DNA of 64,000 nt from a virus (IMGVR_UViG_3300030110_004304:27346-91345), one strand, 5' to 3'. Positions 30,301 to 37,529 are shown, counted from the first letter of the stretch. The notes: generated from the letters alone by a model not told the origin. Numbers and translations: made by a program.

Positions 30301-30975
30301 GTACAACCAGTTACTAAAATTATATCTGGGGCACAAACTGGTGTAGATCAGATTGGTTTAGAAGTTGGAAAAGGGTTAGGAATGAGAACTGGTGGAACAG
30401 CTCCTATAGGGTTTCAAACTGAAAAAGGAAAAGATACATCCTTAGCAGAAAAATATGGTATAAAAGAAATTACTGCGGAAGAACAGAATACGTACGCAAA
30501 AGGTAAAACTGATGCCTACACTGCTAGAACAGAGATGAATGCTTTAAATTCAGATGGAACAGTTTATTTTGCTACCAATGCAGATAGTGCAGGAAAAATT
30601 GCTACAGAAAGATATGCTAAAAAACATAGTAAGCCTTTTATTCTAAATCCTACGGCGGAACAATTAAGAAAATTCTTAGCTGATAATAATATTAAAACTC
30701 TTAATGTTGCAGGTAATAGAGGTAGTAAACTTACTGCTCAGCAAAAAACAAATATTAAGAATATTCTTACTACTGCATTAAAAGCTCCAACACAACCAGC
30801 TGCTGGGGGGTTAGCATCACTAGCTTCTGAATCAAAGGGAGAAATTACTCAGAATGAGTTAGATAAGATAAATGAAAATATAAAGAAAGCAGGCTTTAAA
30901 GATACTTATAGTATGGAAAAATTTAAAAAGCTATCTTTACAAAACCAATTAAAAGTAAGAGAATGTTATGGCTAA
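18343..30975 (+). CDS. Virion-packaged DNA-dependent RNA polymerase polyprotein (crAss-like) with zincin and C-terminal SLOG/MoCo-carrier-like domains
   Basis: Catalytic AGLDFDIDK (DxDxD at 27424-27438) preceded by YRIPTEDKYSM; zincin YHEAFH...EELLA (~23341); C-terminal IISGAQTGVD...NSDGT...LNVAGNR. Confidence 0.9.
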   Translation: MSEELENEIPENDLDAVSGLPKDFVERSVIGGKMSQYLTQSEAAMSGHIQGKQGASGFKGNMGPFVNQDYDLNEMVEGGEYEDEKRFDPLGHLETKNNPYGLDANIPNGVDFYAKLSELNLKQGTLDYEDELEENQGFFEELTNTGIKFWGKVANYTALGIAGFVWGAGKAIVNWDIDSLMDNEVFRGMDEVDEWLNKRFVVHGGADYRLAQERGAGIGERFLLDPTKVLADDISNAGSFVASAIVTEVLLGAATVATVGGAGPALAANTARLGVQGARLFSTGVRVLRGIDKMADMGAALRNATRFKNMAGTGRAILTGAGFESAMIGRETKDRVIENLAADYEEYYGRPPSEATLAEYEELGNSAMRQAYALNLPLVAGSNMLQFPRLFLKGYSGGRKLVNGLRFKGGKWAAKYDEFSKIRKAGLWTRKSLGRGVTEAWEEYAQGAMEEGLVDYFSANYSADAAKNGVGWLDAMSTAGSKYLGTTEGQDSATIGFLMGMVGMPMPFKMNQKTGKIEKGFGWFGGVAEELSNQKRRIKSLRNAADMLNQTDAGQALAANYQNFIRNMAIEQDKDNALMNEDPFSFKNSEHDQLHSYAMTRHNMGLSDTMWQELDGLEKMSTEDFNKAYQLKGVDEWTDATKKEVLDKTRAKLKRVVKVAEDVDTHFNNKVISNVPVGEEASYAAVKEQLTYLASTIDNVDAREKELEDKISNLTGGNVNSNSIKASKTVSGINEKTGQAEFGTLRDPKGRFKSQDAAFKNQMEEWKENDPGGYALNKDEVTDLYNDTKKLSNRRREAGGLYEFLFTKEGSESFKKVHEKLQKDFAKKVADAVKEKVRNKAKGTKNQTQSNRNKRDAESTNTDDIWGEEADQQAAAANDNVISKKKGPLADLASDEEMEPGIPQEVKGIDILEDIAENRSNTFLNKILDEAEKRGYNTSGINSIQDILNITAFQDPELFAELQRIALEMAQTASKNRTSEREQASKAEANNIIGKDPEENTTVPPGDIIKEQEDASTEDEFILMLDQTGDIYTKGENVTEESIILITHDKSFDDDGNVITYKGRPLESRKKGDQPELLNSQLNNPNFLSDSQIEKEGGSVEVTIVLLNNNHNSKPGNQNGEGAAFGIYYDGIYLGMLPEYQKGMPGQFLELRKKAFEAGANGNTITHSLIQKINTRVNTQRNNTGKPVRNNPLSIIKQAIAEGASFITKKGGKIPLKLWLVSSVRDKHGTPVLKTNGLSKTVVDNIAGDGTKLQEGHIYMLVPHPKGLFPVRLFSQPFSNVSDKAKSDVKNLLDTLQEQSGKDEDKYKEAKERLANVFHNVNFDFYDGRYIITSENPAIVEMWGGKVLPQSETSNSEYIVMAMGNLVPKVAFNNMNNKGTQGYYVNNGFITTDVFSEDGNFFHSSGFTLDSYSSPESKTAANNINEQEDTSKADSLENQTTKNKAVNDSPAPLTTVLSELQVARWEAEGEIGPNTLQKVIDKFNNQEEELTTTEQEIIDQHYSNIAKEVADAAVEDAAPEGWRLVVPGEVLPMGSEVRMDVTTGQQLVKIETPSPEKPIDTDGISGILPGLDPENSDDSDLRTRMTDKTDGTTFSESEEVQWLEDKLGKEVVGKTKMFNSLEDLKSYLPKQVYQMLLNARKNGKNLHGLFSNAALYLNSNAFEGTAYHEAFHIVFHLTLSPKQRAAILKEARTKYKSELAENASEIEVEELLADKFMEYVQSEEGTRKTLSGKIKNWFRSTYRMIKTFFNGNNNISIDEVFENIQLGVYKNKPKFQSTNLTELTNPVFRTALREESYENVAEESQALEYLRSRYFGILDVLRKQDALKDFKDATDSELINKVGVQYMDDLVLTQLLGDINNLNAALNKNLTENRRIKTEKVLSLLNNLKRIVTNNNVGISAAEDGGMFKLKIGFNEKKPDFMNKFHRLLKGDGLNIKTKKATGTIETYDTDQLTNEAEESTQEENWQRSNIEINPKDTLSDQLKRFFNSVPKYTRTKQGYVPATNAFGVPLRESSARIFSYLGEKITNSTEGVDQMMEKLNSLKNDKPFVKHIIEKLSDPANESVKSDLYVNLASKQFIKFLSVLESNDEYRVFFSNRKSAENLITEELVANFLNERNKLFTKQPGGGRNFENIDIAEARKFKELIGKTIKYLQSVKPSNESEKLNDKFFNGFAKALSGTGAQNNLGFSLTADQIKDNLYKEIDGASAVGVLRSFVNTLDKLATQLEQGKNPFLFLKATDQVDKSKVGSRNIVEELAKHYSKIFQGEVQSAFRNVENKTVYNIQLANFLSQAISKFKNKKQRQDFLRLIANDPLLSNSPFLNDLAQNEKLQEELDVVLLDGFKRQGKSRGVKYTKLSNLELEATSMGAFLNQSKNSSYGYYRLPIPADSPTIPFIKMGKYTNEEILDKLVEVARGEFNRTKRVMNLPENAEIKKIKNFSKNFGKFNLLPFLNGKVNYSEKFNEKQVRSTLEKWLNDETSKGFFGSQLEAYTEKGIIKNIEGNKITFAEKVLDKRIRQEGKGFFKNYLFNSLYANTQLTTLFSGDPAFYSGTVDYQKRNKQILSPKLYLDTSKTRPNYYLSVIADNERPSEQELVDTLTELIESSDLPADKQTELIATWTSAEHNETDAQTYIHPRRYKEIMEGLNRWSDKLEASYQRVLQGKETIEDIAVFPPIKPFMYTQNRINGFVVPVQIKNSEIMLTPSMALAKEGKELKYPKLAEVYQAMEKERTMEDGTVYQIDSIAFESAVKVGGDAIAPTMEDIDGARVLTLKNSDFGLQQETPPHYLDDVTNYGTQLRNLILADINLEGDYVLDGQKLKGKDIARLYQETIAEDLKASFDKYKKLFETKDGKVNYEALIDTLQNEVDRRDLGDNARAAIAAIKVNQGINKGEVRPALPFYHPAHSIMIQNILNGLFKKNVTRQKVEGGALINTSSYGVSDTLKWHKNKKGELEFQVLLPWWSKKYFPKNEKGEVDITKLPDELKELVGYRIPTEDKYSMFKMKVVGFTPATMGGTLIMPREVTTIAGLDFDIDKIYVMTPAFNVSKDGKLSKVKPLTNNTSPEVAASKIFNDIDTLEKFVNENIDKEYADNIMNFRREANEAVVENKELKKELFESEEHKNIYNEIQLIKLQIKNAKTDEETNEEIPFLVSKKDSLYEQLKDSFAPYNAAIEEIYNNKTTIKDYLEKVIRDGDIDLTKYNGKRERDNLKLDIVSSILGNKHTAKSLVSPGNFQNLLDLANKIRLLQAGKEKEALSLKGKKLKEAADALDDINMFNIVYPSTQLELFERNMAGKELTGIFANQNTHAAKAQYTQMELKLPILVDGQEYMYLNKSIIGDTRISEKLASYLAAVVDNTKEPMSAFINLNTFTADTVALLTRLGVEEDTVAYLMNQPVIKELTKLWFQEKGNLSEENVFGEILELWKDKMLSKSGALSLEEIDNLFESGGVELNKNKLRDNLLPGNQGTAEFYKQQYIALLSFESLSKTAKELSESIQASRVDTKGLGATMAEGYVFLDQQRRLIQKEENNENLIFGITETFTGSEDQIMMPAFNENGIIKPLSLMDTLFPYNGKQGTEGEFLYNLLGSVKNWFSNQKGKTLGLTEREVRLIEAQYMGYISSNFPFFSHTENEQIIKETPRKLIDFKHKNPNSQFAPLLDSLYVKAPDKQFPLERIEYYKSGKTPIQSEQMIKSWEIMMTRGTKEEQDLAFDLVKYAYHSTGFEYTPYSFVQQIPTAFWTDDFGRDRADRGLVDAKGRTYNEFLSVADDYIRNTPLYINPQSITEKFSEKGGGQVANNFIHQFLRNNFDRDGFVKSVTARSRGAAYIKGKGNKPGFISITASRFSPFASFGDGMVTYVKRYNKNLKKNELFRFSQVIEGTAIYNKVEPLGTTNFLKVFNANGAIEGDWLERTKKPKTGKVLYPGFAREKASFKANIGTLQDQVDNTTTVKPLVNQQNKEDVSGGALQKLSDRNDLNQVSMEDRINDMAETAVQPVTKIISGAQTGVDQIGLEVGKGLGMRTGGTAPIGFQTEKGKDTSLAEKYGIKEITAEEQNTYAKGKTDAYTARTEMNALNSDGTVYFATNADSAGKIATERYAKKHSKPFILNPTAEQLRKFLADNNIKTLNVAGNRGSKLTAQQKTNIKNILTTALKAPTQPAAGGLASLASESKGEITQNELDKINENIKKAGFKDTYSMEKFKKLSLQNQLKVRECYG

Positions 30976-33900
30976 AAGTTGCGTAAGTTTAAGTAGTCCA
31001 GAATTTAAGAATCTTCTAGAAGAAACTGGTAAAGATATGTTAGAGTTAGCCGCTGAAGTATCCAGATGGCAAGATGCTAACGGTGTAGAGAATTTTCCAA
31101 ACCGTGCTCAATTAGAAGATTATTTTTACGAAGAACTTCCTAAAGACATTATTTCAAAATCTGTTTTGGAAAATATGGGATTTCCTACTGGATCAAGAAC
31201 AAGCTTAGCTATAGCTTCCGCAAGAAAAGCTCAACAAGATGGTAAATTTAATAATCTGGAAGAGGGTATAAATTGGGTTCAAGAAAATCTTGTAAAAACA
31301 AAGAAAGAAGATAATCTATATTACCAAAACAGAATAAACGCCAGAACCAGAGCAAAGAAAAAACTAATCAAGTTAGGAATAATAGATAGATATAATAATA
31401 TTATAGAAGGACAGCTGGGGGAGTTTAGAAGAAAAGGAAGAGAATGGTCAAACTACTATATACAAAAAGGAGTACTAAAACAAGGAGAACAGTTAATAGT
31501 AGATGAAAGAGGTAGTAAAGCTTTTTTCAATGAAGACTTTTTTAAGAGGGTAGACCAAGCTAATTTTCAATTAGAAAAACAATCTGGATTAGCACCTAAT
31601 GAAGACTTAAACTTAAAGTTAGAAGCTTGGGCAGAGAAACACGGCATAAGTATAGTGGCCATGGAAACTCTAAAGAAAAGGCTAGAAGGATCTGGAAGAT
31701 ATGTAGACGGAGCAATAGGTGTAGCAGATATTGCAAACCAACTAATAGGTATTGCACAAAAACAAGCTGATATTACTACATTACCTGAAGAAGTAGCTCA
31801 CTTCGCAATAGAGTTATTATTAGAAGATATCTCCGTTCAAAGAGCATTATTAGCAGTTACTGAAACGCAAACATATGCAGACGTAAAAGAACAGTATAAA
31901 GATATCTACACTACTGAAGAACAATTTAGAAAAGAGGCTTTAGGTAAAGTTTTAGCAGAAGAAATTATAAATAAGAATAAAGAGGACGTAAGTAATAAAG
32001 GAGTAAGAGGATATTTAAATGGAATAAAACAAAAGTTTAGTAGATGGATAAATAAAACATTTGGAAACCAGACTACTAGGGACGAGTTGAAAGAAATTTT
32101 AGCTCCAATTGCCTCAACGATTTTAAAAGGAGAGTATTTAGGAGATGTTAATTCTTTAGAAGGAGATCCTTTTTATTCTCTAGAAGAAGAAAGCGATAAA
32201 ATTATAGACGTAGACTCTAAGGTAGAAGAGATAATGCAGAATGCAGAGTTTATAAAACCTTCTGATAGTGAAGGAAATATAGTAGACGCTTCTGAAGCTA
32301 CTAATTATATTAATACTAGAACCGGAGAGGTCTATGAAAGAGTAACTAGTTATATAAAAGGACCTGTTTCCGAAAGCTCTCTCTTAGATACTGCTAATTT
32401 ATTAGGAAATAAGGCTGATGAATTTGTTAGAGATTTCTTTTCTGGAGCAATGAAGGACTTAAGTGAATATGATTTAGCACCAAATGTAGAATTGCAAAAA
32501 TTCTTAGAATCTTTATCAATACTTAAAGCCCAGTTTACTGCTAATGGAGAAAAAGTAATAGCTAATGGTATTACTTTATATGACGAAAATCTAGGAATAG
32601 CAGGAACAGTTGATCTTTTAACATATGATAATAAAGGAAACTTTAGAATCTATGATATGAAAACTATGAGGGGTAACCAACTAAAGACTACTTATAAAGG
32701 GGACCCTAGAAATGTAAAATATGATAGTACTCTATATGGTCAATCTAATAGAGAATCTCATATGAGACAACTATCCTTATACAGAATCTTATTAAATAAT
32801 ACACACGGAGTAAAAGCAAAAGAATTAGGAGTAATTCCTATAGTCTTTCCTAAGTATCAAGCAGGTACAACTTCTGTATCTTCTGTTAATATTCCAAGAA
32901 ATGGAAATGTTGTTTCTATAATAGGACATAAAGCTCTAGATAAAGTTGAAGATGCTGAATTAGATTTAGAAGAAACTATAGAAGACTTTGATGCTGAATT
33001 TATAGAAAATCCTCTAGATATCAGTGAGAACGAAATGAAATTAAAGTTCTTAAATGATGCTATAAGTAGTTTAAAAAGCAGAAGAAAAGCATTACAAACT
33101 AAAGGTAAAAAACAAAAATCTAAAGAATTAACTAAAGAAATATTTAAAATTGAAAAGAAAATAGCTTTAGGAGAATTAGATGCAGGGATACAAGGATTAC
33201 TGTTGCTAGCAAAAAGTGAGACAGATAGTATTAGAGAAACTCTAAACGGGTATAGAAAACAGGGAGCATTTGCAGATACAAGTATTTTAAAAATGTCAAA
33301 AGACTTTTTAGATATGTATGACGGACTGTTTACTTCATTACTTGCAGAAATGAATATGTGGATTCCATCAACGGATACTATGGAATTACAGACAGAAGTA
33401 GAAGATTTCAGAGCTGATATACAAAAAATACGAGATATTAATTTAGGATTAATAAGAAGAAATGTTGTATCTAAATTAGATTCTGAAAATAGAAATGCTT
33501 TCGGAGAAGTAATAGATCCTACTTTTGATGCTAAAGATATTTACAGAGAAACAGAAGCAGATGCTTCTTGGTGGAGAGTCTTAACAGGAAGTTATTCTAA
33601 TTCTAGTAGTAATATATTAAAGATTGCTATGAAAATGATTAAAAGAGGTATCAATTCTGTTAAAAGATTTACAATAGAAACTGGTAGAGATTTAATTATT
33701 TTAAAAGATGAGTTTAATAAAGCAGGATTTAAACAAGAAGATCTTGTTGAAGTAAATAATGAAGGTAAAAAAGGAGCTTTTATAGTTTCAGAATATAACA
33801 GACATAGGTTTCAAGAAGATTTAGATGCTGTTAGAGCAGAAGTAGCTAGTAAATTAGGATTTGAGTCTTTTGAAGAAATTATAGTAACATCTTTATCTAA

Positions 33901-36127
33901 GAAAGAAGCAGACTATTATACCAGGGCTATTAAAAATTTCTACACAGAGAATACTCAAAAAATAGGAGTAGAAGAAGAAACTGTGGGAGGACAAAAATTA
34001 ATTATTCAGAAAATAGTACCAGCACAAAAATATTATAATAAGGAGTTTGCTAAAAATATGGAAAACGAAGCGTTTGCCAATTACTATAATCTTTTATTAG
34101 AGACTAAAAAAGAAGCCTTAGCAAAATTACCTACTAATTATCAAAATGAAAATGCTATGTATTTGCTCCCCCAAATAAGAAGAACTTTCATGGAGAGGTT
34201 AGGTAATAAGAATCAAAGTTTCTTAAAAAATATGCTTCAAATTGGAGAAGATTCTTTTTTATTAGATGCTGATGATACTCAATTTGGAGATTTAAGTAAT
34301 ATAAAAGCTAAAACTGTTCCTATTTTCTTTAATAACAGGATGAGAACAGACTCAGATATTTCTTACGATCTAGCAAATACTTATACTCACTATGCTGAAA
34401 TGGCAGAAAACTTTAAGAGCATGAATAAGCTTGCTCCTGATTTAGAAAATATATTAACAACAGTAGGAGAAAGAACTTATATTAAAGGAAAGTTTAAAAA
34501 AGAAAAGAAAGAAGGTAAAGAGTCTAACGAATATAGAGCATTAGAAGGTATGTTAGATTTTTTAGTTTATGGTAAAGAAAGAGAAGTTAATGCTTCTGGA
34601 GTAATAGGAGACTCTTGGGTAGCTAAAAAATTAGGAGTAAATGGTAAAAGAGTATCTTGGACTAAAGTTTCTCAAAAATTTGCAAGTTATATCAGAACAA
34701 ATAACTTGGCATTTAACTTAGTAACCTCTACTGCAGGTTTAGTTAAAGGTAGTATCGATTCTCATATAGAAGATATGGTGGGTATTTATACTACACCAGA
34801 AAGTAAACTTTGGGCCCGAGGAGAGCTCCTTAAAAACCTATCAGCAGTAATGGCTCAAATAGGTAATCCAAAACAAACTAATAAAATGCATCTTATTTTA
34901 GAGCAAAATGATATAGTAGATCTTGGAAGAAGCTTAAAAGATTCAGAAAAAAATAGAATAACTAGAAAAATAGTCAATAAAGATTTTTTCTTTACTAATT
35001 ATATGATGGCTGATTATGTAATGAAAGGAAACATTACTCTAGCAGTATATGATAACTATAGATTAGTAGGGGATAGATTTGTTACTAAACAACAATTTGT
35101 TAATACAAAAAGAGAAGAAAATTCAGAAATTGATAATAAAACAATAGATGCTGAATGGAAAGAGCTTAGAAGTAAAAACTTATACTCAGCTTTTGAGATG
35201 GTAAATGATAAGCTTGTAATAAAAGAAGAATATAAAAATATTGTTACTGAAGATGTATTAGACATAGTTAAAAATAGAATAACTCAAATAGCTGCTCAAG
35301 TAGACGGAGTTATATCTCCAGAAGATAAAGGAGCATTAGCTAGAACTATATTAGGAGATTTTGTCTTAATGCATAGAGGATGGTTTTTATCTGGTATAGA
35401 CAACAGGCTTAAAAAATCAGGAATGAATTATCAAACTGAAGAGCATGAAGTTGGTTATTATAGAGCATTTGGTAGTTTTATAAAGAAATTTTGGGCAGAA
35501 GAAGGACCAGGATTACAAGCAAGATTTGCTTCTTGGGATAAATTAAGTGCCGCAGAAAAAAGAGGTGTTAAGAAAACAGTATTAGATCTTGTTTATATGC
35601 AGGCTATAGCAATTATTGCAGCAATGATTGGAAAAGCAGCAGATGATGATCCAGATGATTTTACATTAAACTTTGCTGCTTATCAAATGAACAGAATACT
35701 ATTAGAACAAAAAGCTTTCATTACGCCTAAAGAACTAATAGAAATTATGGATGAGCCTGTAGTAGGAGCAAGAACAGTGAGAGAGTTAATGACTATTAGT
35801 GATGCCTTAAACTGGTCAGAAACTTACGAAAAAGGAATGTATAAAGGACAATCACATGCTTCAAGATGGTGGCAAAGAAGATTTCCTACTAGAAATTTAT
35901 ACGAATTACAATTCCCAAAACAGAAAAACAGATTCATAAAATCTATATTAGACTCACCAACTTATAATTTTTATGCAAAAGATGATATGGATTTAGGAAG
36001 TTTCTTGGGAATAAGTGGCTTTTCTAATATCTTTGCAGATGAGAACGCCTCAGACGGATCTCCTAATAGAAGTTATAGTGACTCAGAACTAGAGCTCTTA
36101 TTAGATTTAAATAGTGAGGATGAATAA
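30968..36127 (+). CDS. Large RNAP-associated virion protein with a degenerate zincin and a PD-(D/E)xK nuclease domain
   Basis: LPEEVAHF (31781-31804); RVT...GIAGTVDLL...IYDMKT...QLSLY (~32330-32785); overlaps the RNAP stop codon. Confidence 0.7.
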   Translation: MAKSCVSLSSPEFKNLLEETGKDMLELAAEVSRWQDANGVENFPNRAQLEDYFYEELPKDIISKSVLENMGFPTGSRTSLAIASARKAQQDGKFNNLEEGINWVQENLVKTKKEDNLYYQNRINARTRAKKKLIKLGIIDRYNNIIEGQLGEFRRKGREWSNYYIQKGVLKQGEQLIVDERGSKAFFNEDFFKRVDQANFQLEKQSGLAPNEDLNLKLEAWAEKHGISIVAMETLKKRLEGSGRYVDGAIGVADIANQLIGIAQKQADITTLPEEVAHFAIELLLEDISVQRALLAVTETQTYADVKEQYKDIYTTEEQFRKEALGKVLAEEIINKNKEDVSNKGVRGYLNGIKQKFSRWINKTFGNQTTRDELKEILAPIASTILKGEYLGDVNSLEGDPFYSLEEESDKIIDVDSKVEEIMQNAEFIKPSDSEGNIVDASEATNYINTRTGEVYERVTSYIKGPVSESSLLDTANLLGNKADEFVRDFFSGAMKDLSEYDLAPNVELQKFLESLSILKAQFTANGEKVIANGITLYDENLGIAGTVDLLTYDNKGNFRIYDMKTMRGNQLKTTYKGDPRNVKYDSTLYGQSNRESHMRQLSLYRILLNNTHGVKAKELGVIPIVFPKYQAGTTSVSSVNIPRNGNVVSIIGHKALDKVEDAELDLEETIEDFDAEFIENPLDISENEMKLKFLNDAISSLKSRRKALQTKGKKQKSKELTKEIFKIEKKIALGELDAGIQGLLLLAKSETDSIRETLNGYRKQGAFADTSILKMSKDFLDMYDGLFTSLLAEMNMWIPSTDTMELQTEVEDFRADIQKIRDINLGLIRRNVVSKLDSENRNAFGEVIDPTFDAKDIYRETEADASWWRVLTGSYSNSSSNILKIAMKMIKRGINSVKRFTIETGRDLIILKDEFNKAGFKQEDLVEVNNEGKKGAFIVSEYNRHRFQEDLDAVRAEVASKLGFESFEEIIVTSLSKKEADYYTRAIKNFYTENTQKIGVEEETVGGQKLIIQKIVPAQKYYNKEFAKNMENEAFANYYNLLLETKKEALAKLPTNYQNENAMYLLPQIRRTFMERLGNKNQSFLKNMLQIGEDSFLLDADDTQFGDLSNIKAKTVPIFFNNRMRTDSDISYDLANTYTHYAEMAENFKSMNKLAPDLENILTTVGERTYIKGKFKKEKKEGKESNEYRALEGMLDFLVYGKEREVNASGVIGDSWVAKKLGVNGKRVSWTKVSQKFASYIRTNNLAFNLVTSTAGLVKGSIDSHIEDMVGIYTTPESKLWARGELLKNLSAVMAQIGNPKQTNKMHLILEQNDIVDLGRSLKDSEKNRITRKIVNKDFFFTNYMMADYVMKGNITLAVYDNYRLVGDRFVTKQQFVNTKREENSEIDNKTIDAEWKELRSKNLYSAFEMVNDKLVIKEEYKNIVTEDVLDIVKNRITQIAAQVDGVISPEDKGALARTILGDFVLMHRGWFLSGIDNRLKKSGMNYQTEEHEVGYYRAFGSFIKKFWAEEGPGLQARFASWDKLSAAEKRGVKKTVLDLVYMQAIAIIAAMIGKAADDDPDDFTLNFAAYQMNRILLEQKAFITPKELIEIMDEPVVGARTVRELMTISDALNWSETYEKGMYKGQSHASRWWQRRFPTRNLYELQFPKQKNRFIKSILDSPTYNFYAKDDMDLGSFLGISGFSNIFADENASDGSPNRSYSDSELELLLDLNSEDE

Positions 36128-36153
36128 ACGACAAATTTTTTAAAGGCCAAGTA

Positions 36154-36531
36154 ATGAAAATAAATGAGAGCACTGAAGTTAAGTTAGATCTTAAAACAAT
36201 AGCTACTGTGATAATAATAACTGCTTCTTTTGTAGGTATGTATTTTACTTTACAAGCAGATATCGAAGAAGCTAAAAAATTACCTCCTAATGAAATAAAC
36301 AGAATAGAGTATGATTTAAATAAACAAGCACTACAAAAAGAAATCGATGATTTATCCGATAGAGTTACTGATGCAGAAGATTTAGTAGAAACAATGTTTA
36401 GATTAGGATTAGAATTAGATAAAGAACTACATAAGATAGATGCTAGTTATGATAGTCACATGGATCAGAAAATAAAAGAAATAGAAAATCAAATCAAAAA
36501 TAAGTCTAATAAAAAAAGAAAAAATAGATGA
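36154..36531 (+). CDS. Membrane protein with one TM helix and a coiled coil (possible lysis/holin-like)
   Basis: TIATVIIITASFVGMYF helix, then heptads and a basic tail. Confidence 0.55.
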   Translation: MKINESTEVKLDLKTIATVIIITASFVGMYFTLQADIEEAKKLPPNEINRIEYDLNKQALQKEIDDLSDRVTDAEDLVETMFRLGLELDKELHKIDASYDSHMDQKIKEIENQIKNKSNKKRKNR

Positions 36532-36932
36532 GAGATTATTTAAGATGGTTCTTTACAGAACATATAAAAAATGGAAGAGGTAAGCTAAAGTTAGTAGCTA
36601 CAATATATGGTGTGTTTCAAATAATATATGCTACTCCATTAATTCTCGAAGAATATTATGGAGGGTGGATTCCATTACTTCCTGTCATTGCAAGTTTTTT
36701 TGCAATGTGGGGATTTTTAATAGGTATTATCTATCAGCCTATTAATATTTATGTAAAGTTAAAAAGACTTGCCGCAAGAAAACTAGAGGCGGAAAAGCTT
36801 ATTATAAAAGAAAGAAAAGCCAAGGTTTCTAAAACACCCAAGAAGAAGGACGTCAAAAAGAAGACTACTACTAAGAGGGCTGTAAAAAACAATAGCAAAA
36901 ATATAAAGAAAGATACCAAGGGTCTTAAATAG
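36528..36932 (+). CDS. Two-TM membrane protein with a basic tail (holin candidate)
   Basis: 4-nt overlap with the previous gene; two hydrophobic segments; Lys-rich C-terminus. Confidence 0.5.
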   Translation: MRDYLRWFFTEHIKNGRGKLKLVATIYGVFQIIYATPLILEEYYGGWIPLLPVIASFFAMWGFLIGIIYQPINIYVKLKRLAARKLEAEKLIIKERKAKVSKTPKKKDVKKKTTTKRAVKNNSKNIKKDTKGLK

Positions 36933-37154
36933 ATGCCAGGCGTCAGTTATCTGTACAGGATAATTTATTCTCCAAAAGAGCTTTCTTCTACCCATATTAG
37001 GATTAAAATTAATATATTTATTTTTCCAGCTTATTTCTGGATTCCAAAATCTAGCATTAAGTTTAGAAAATACAGAGGTATAATACTTAAAAGATATTAT
37101 ATCCATAACAGCATTGCATATGCCTGAAATTATAACTAGGATTAGAGATATCAT
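36783..37154 (-). CDS. Phage membrane protein (FWNP-SWKNKY / TDAWHLFK type)
   Basis: Hydrophobic helices with protein-like conserved-looking motifs. Confidence 0.65.
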   Translation of the reverse strand: MISLILVIISGICNAVMDIISFKYYTSVFSKLNARFWNPEISWKNKYINFNPNMGRRKLFWRINYPVQITDAWHLFKTLGIFLYIFAIVFYSPLSSSLLFDVLLLGCFRNLGFSFFYNKLFRL

Positions 37155-37172
37155 GTCTCAATATAGGGATTT

Positions 37173-37280
37173 TTTCCGACAACGCAATCACTCATCTAAA
37201 GTTTGGAAAGCAACCATCGTTAAAATAGTTTGTTACACTATGATGGTTATAGGTTAAAGCCCTATAAAAGATGGGTGATT
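37173..37280 (+). ncRNA. Candidate structured RNA (three-way junction, possible pseudoknot)
   Basis: 37186-37197 pairs with 37269-37280 (12 bp); 37212-37220 pairs with 37240-37248; the mismatches resolve as G-U only on the + strand. Confidence 0.4.
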
Positions 37281-37282
37281 AT

Positions 37283-37320
37283 AAAAAAAGGGTAGCGTTC
37301 TAAATGCTACCCTTTTTATT
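37283..37320. terminator. Bidirectional intrinsic terminator near the convergence of the two gene blocks
   Basis: AAAAAAAGGGTAGC-loop-GCTACCCTTTTT. Confidence 0.85.
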
Positions 37321-37529
37321 TAACTATATAACCTCAGATTTATATAGTTATACAGAAGTCTAAAAAGCCAAGAATAGACTTCTGTTTAAATTTTATGGCT
37401 GGGTGCTTGGATGACTGAACATTCTGCACCCATTTAAGGTTAATATGGTCCCACTAACCACCAATTAAATAATACAGCCAGAACCCTAAATGTCGGCGTG
37501 TCATGACTTAGCTTGTTAATCTGACTGTA

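Noticed and set aside
667-35265. Many short antisense or out-of-frame ORFs inside the large + genes (and + ORFs inside the minus block)
   Set aside because: Shadow ORFs produced by codon bias; no motifs or start context.
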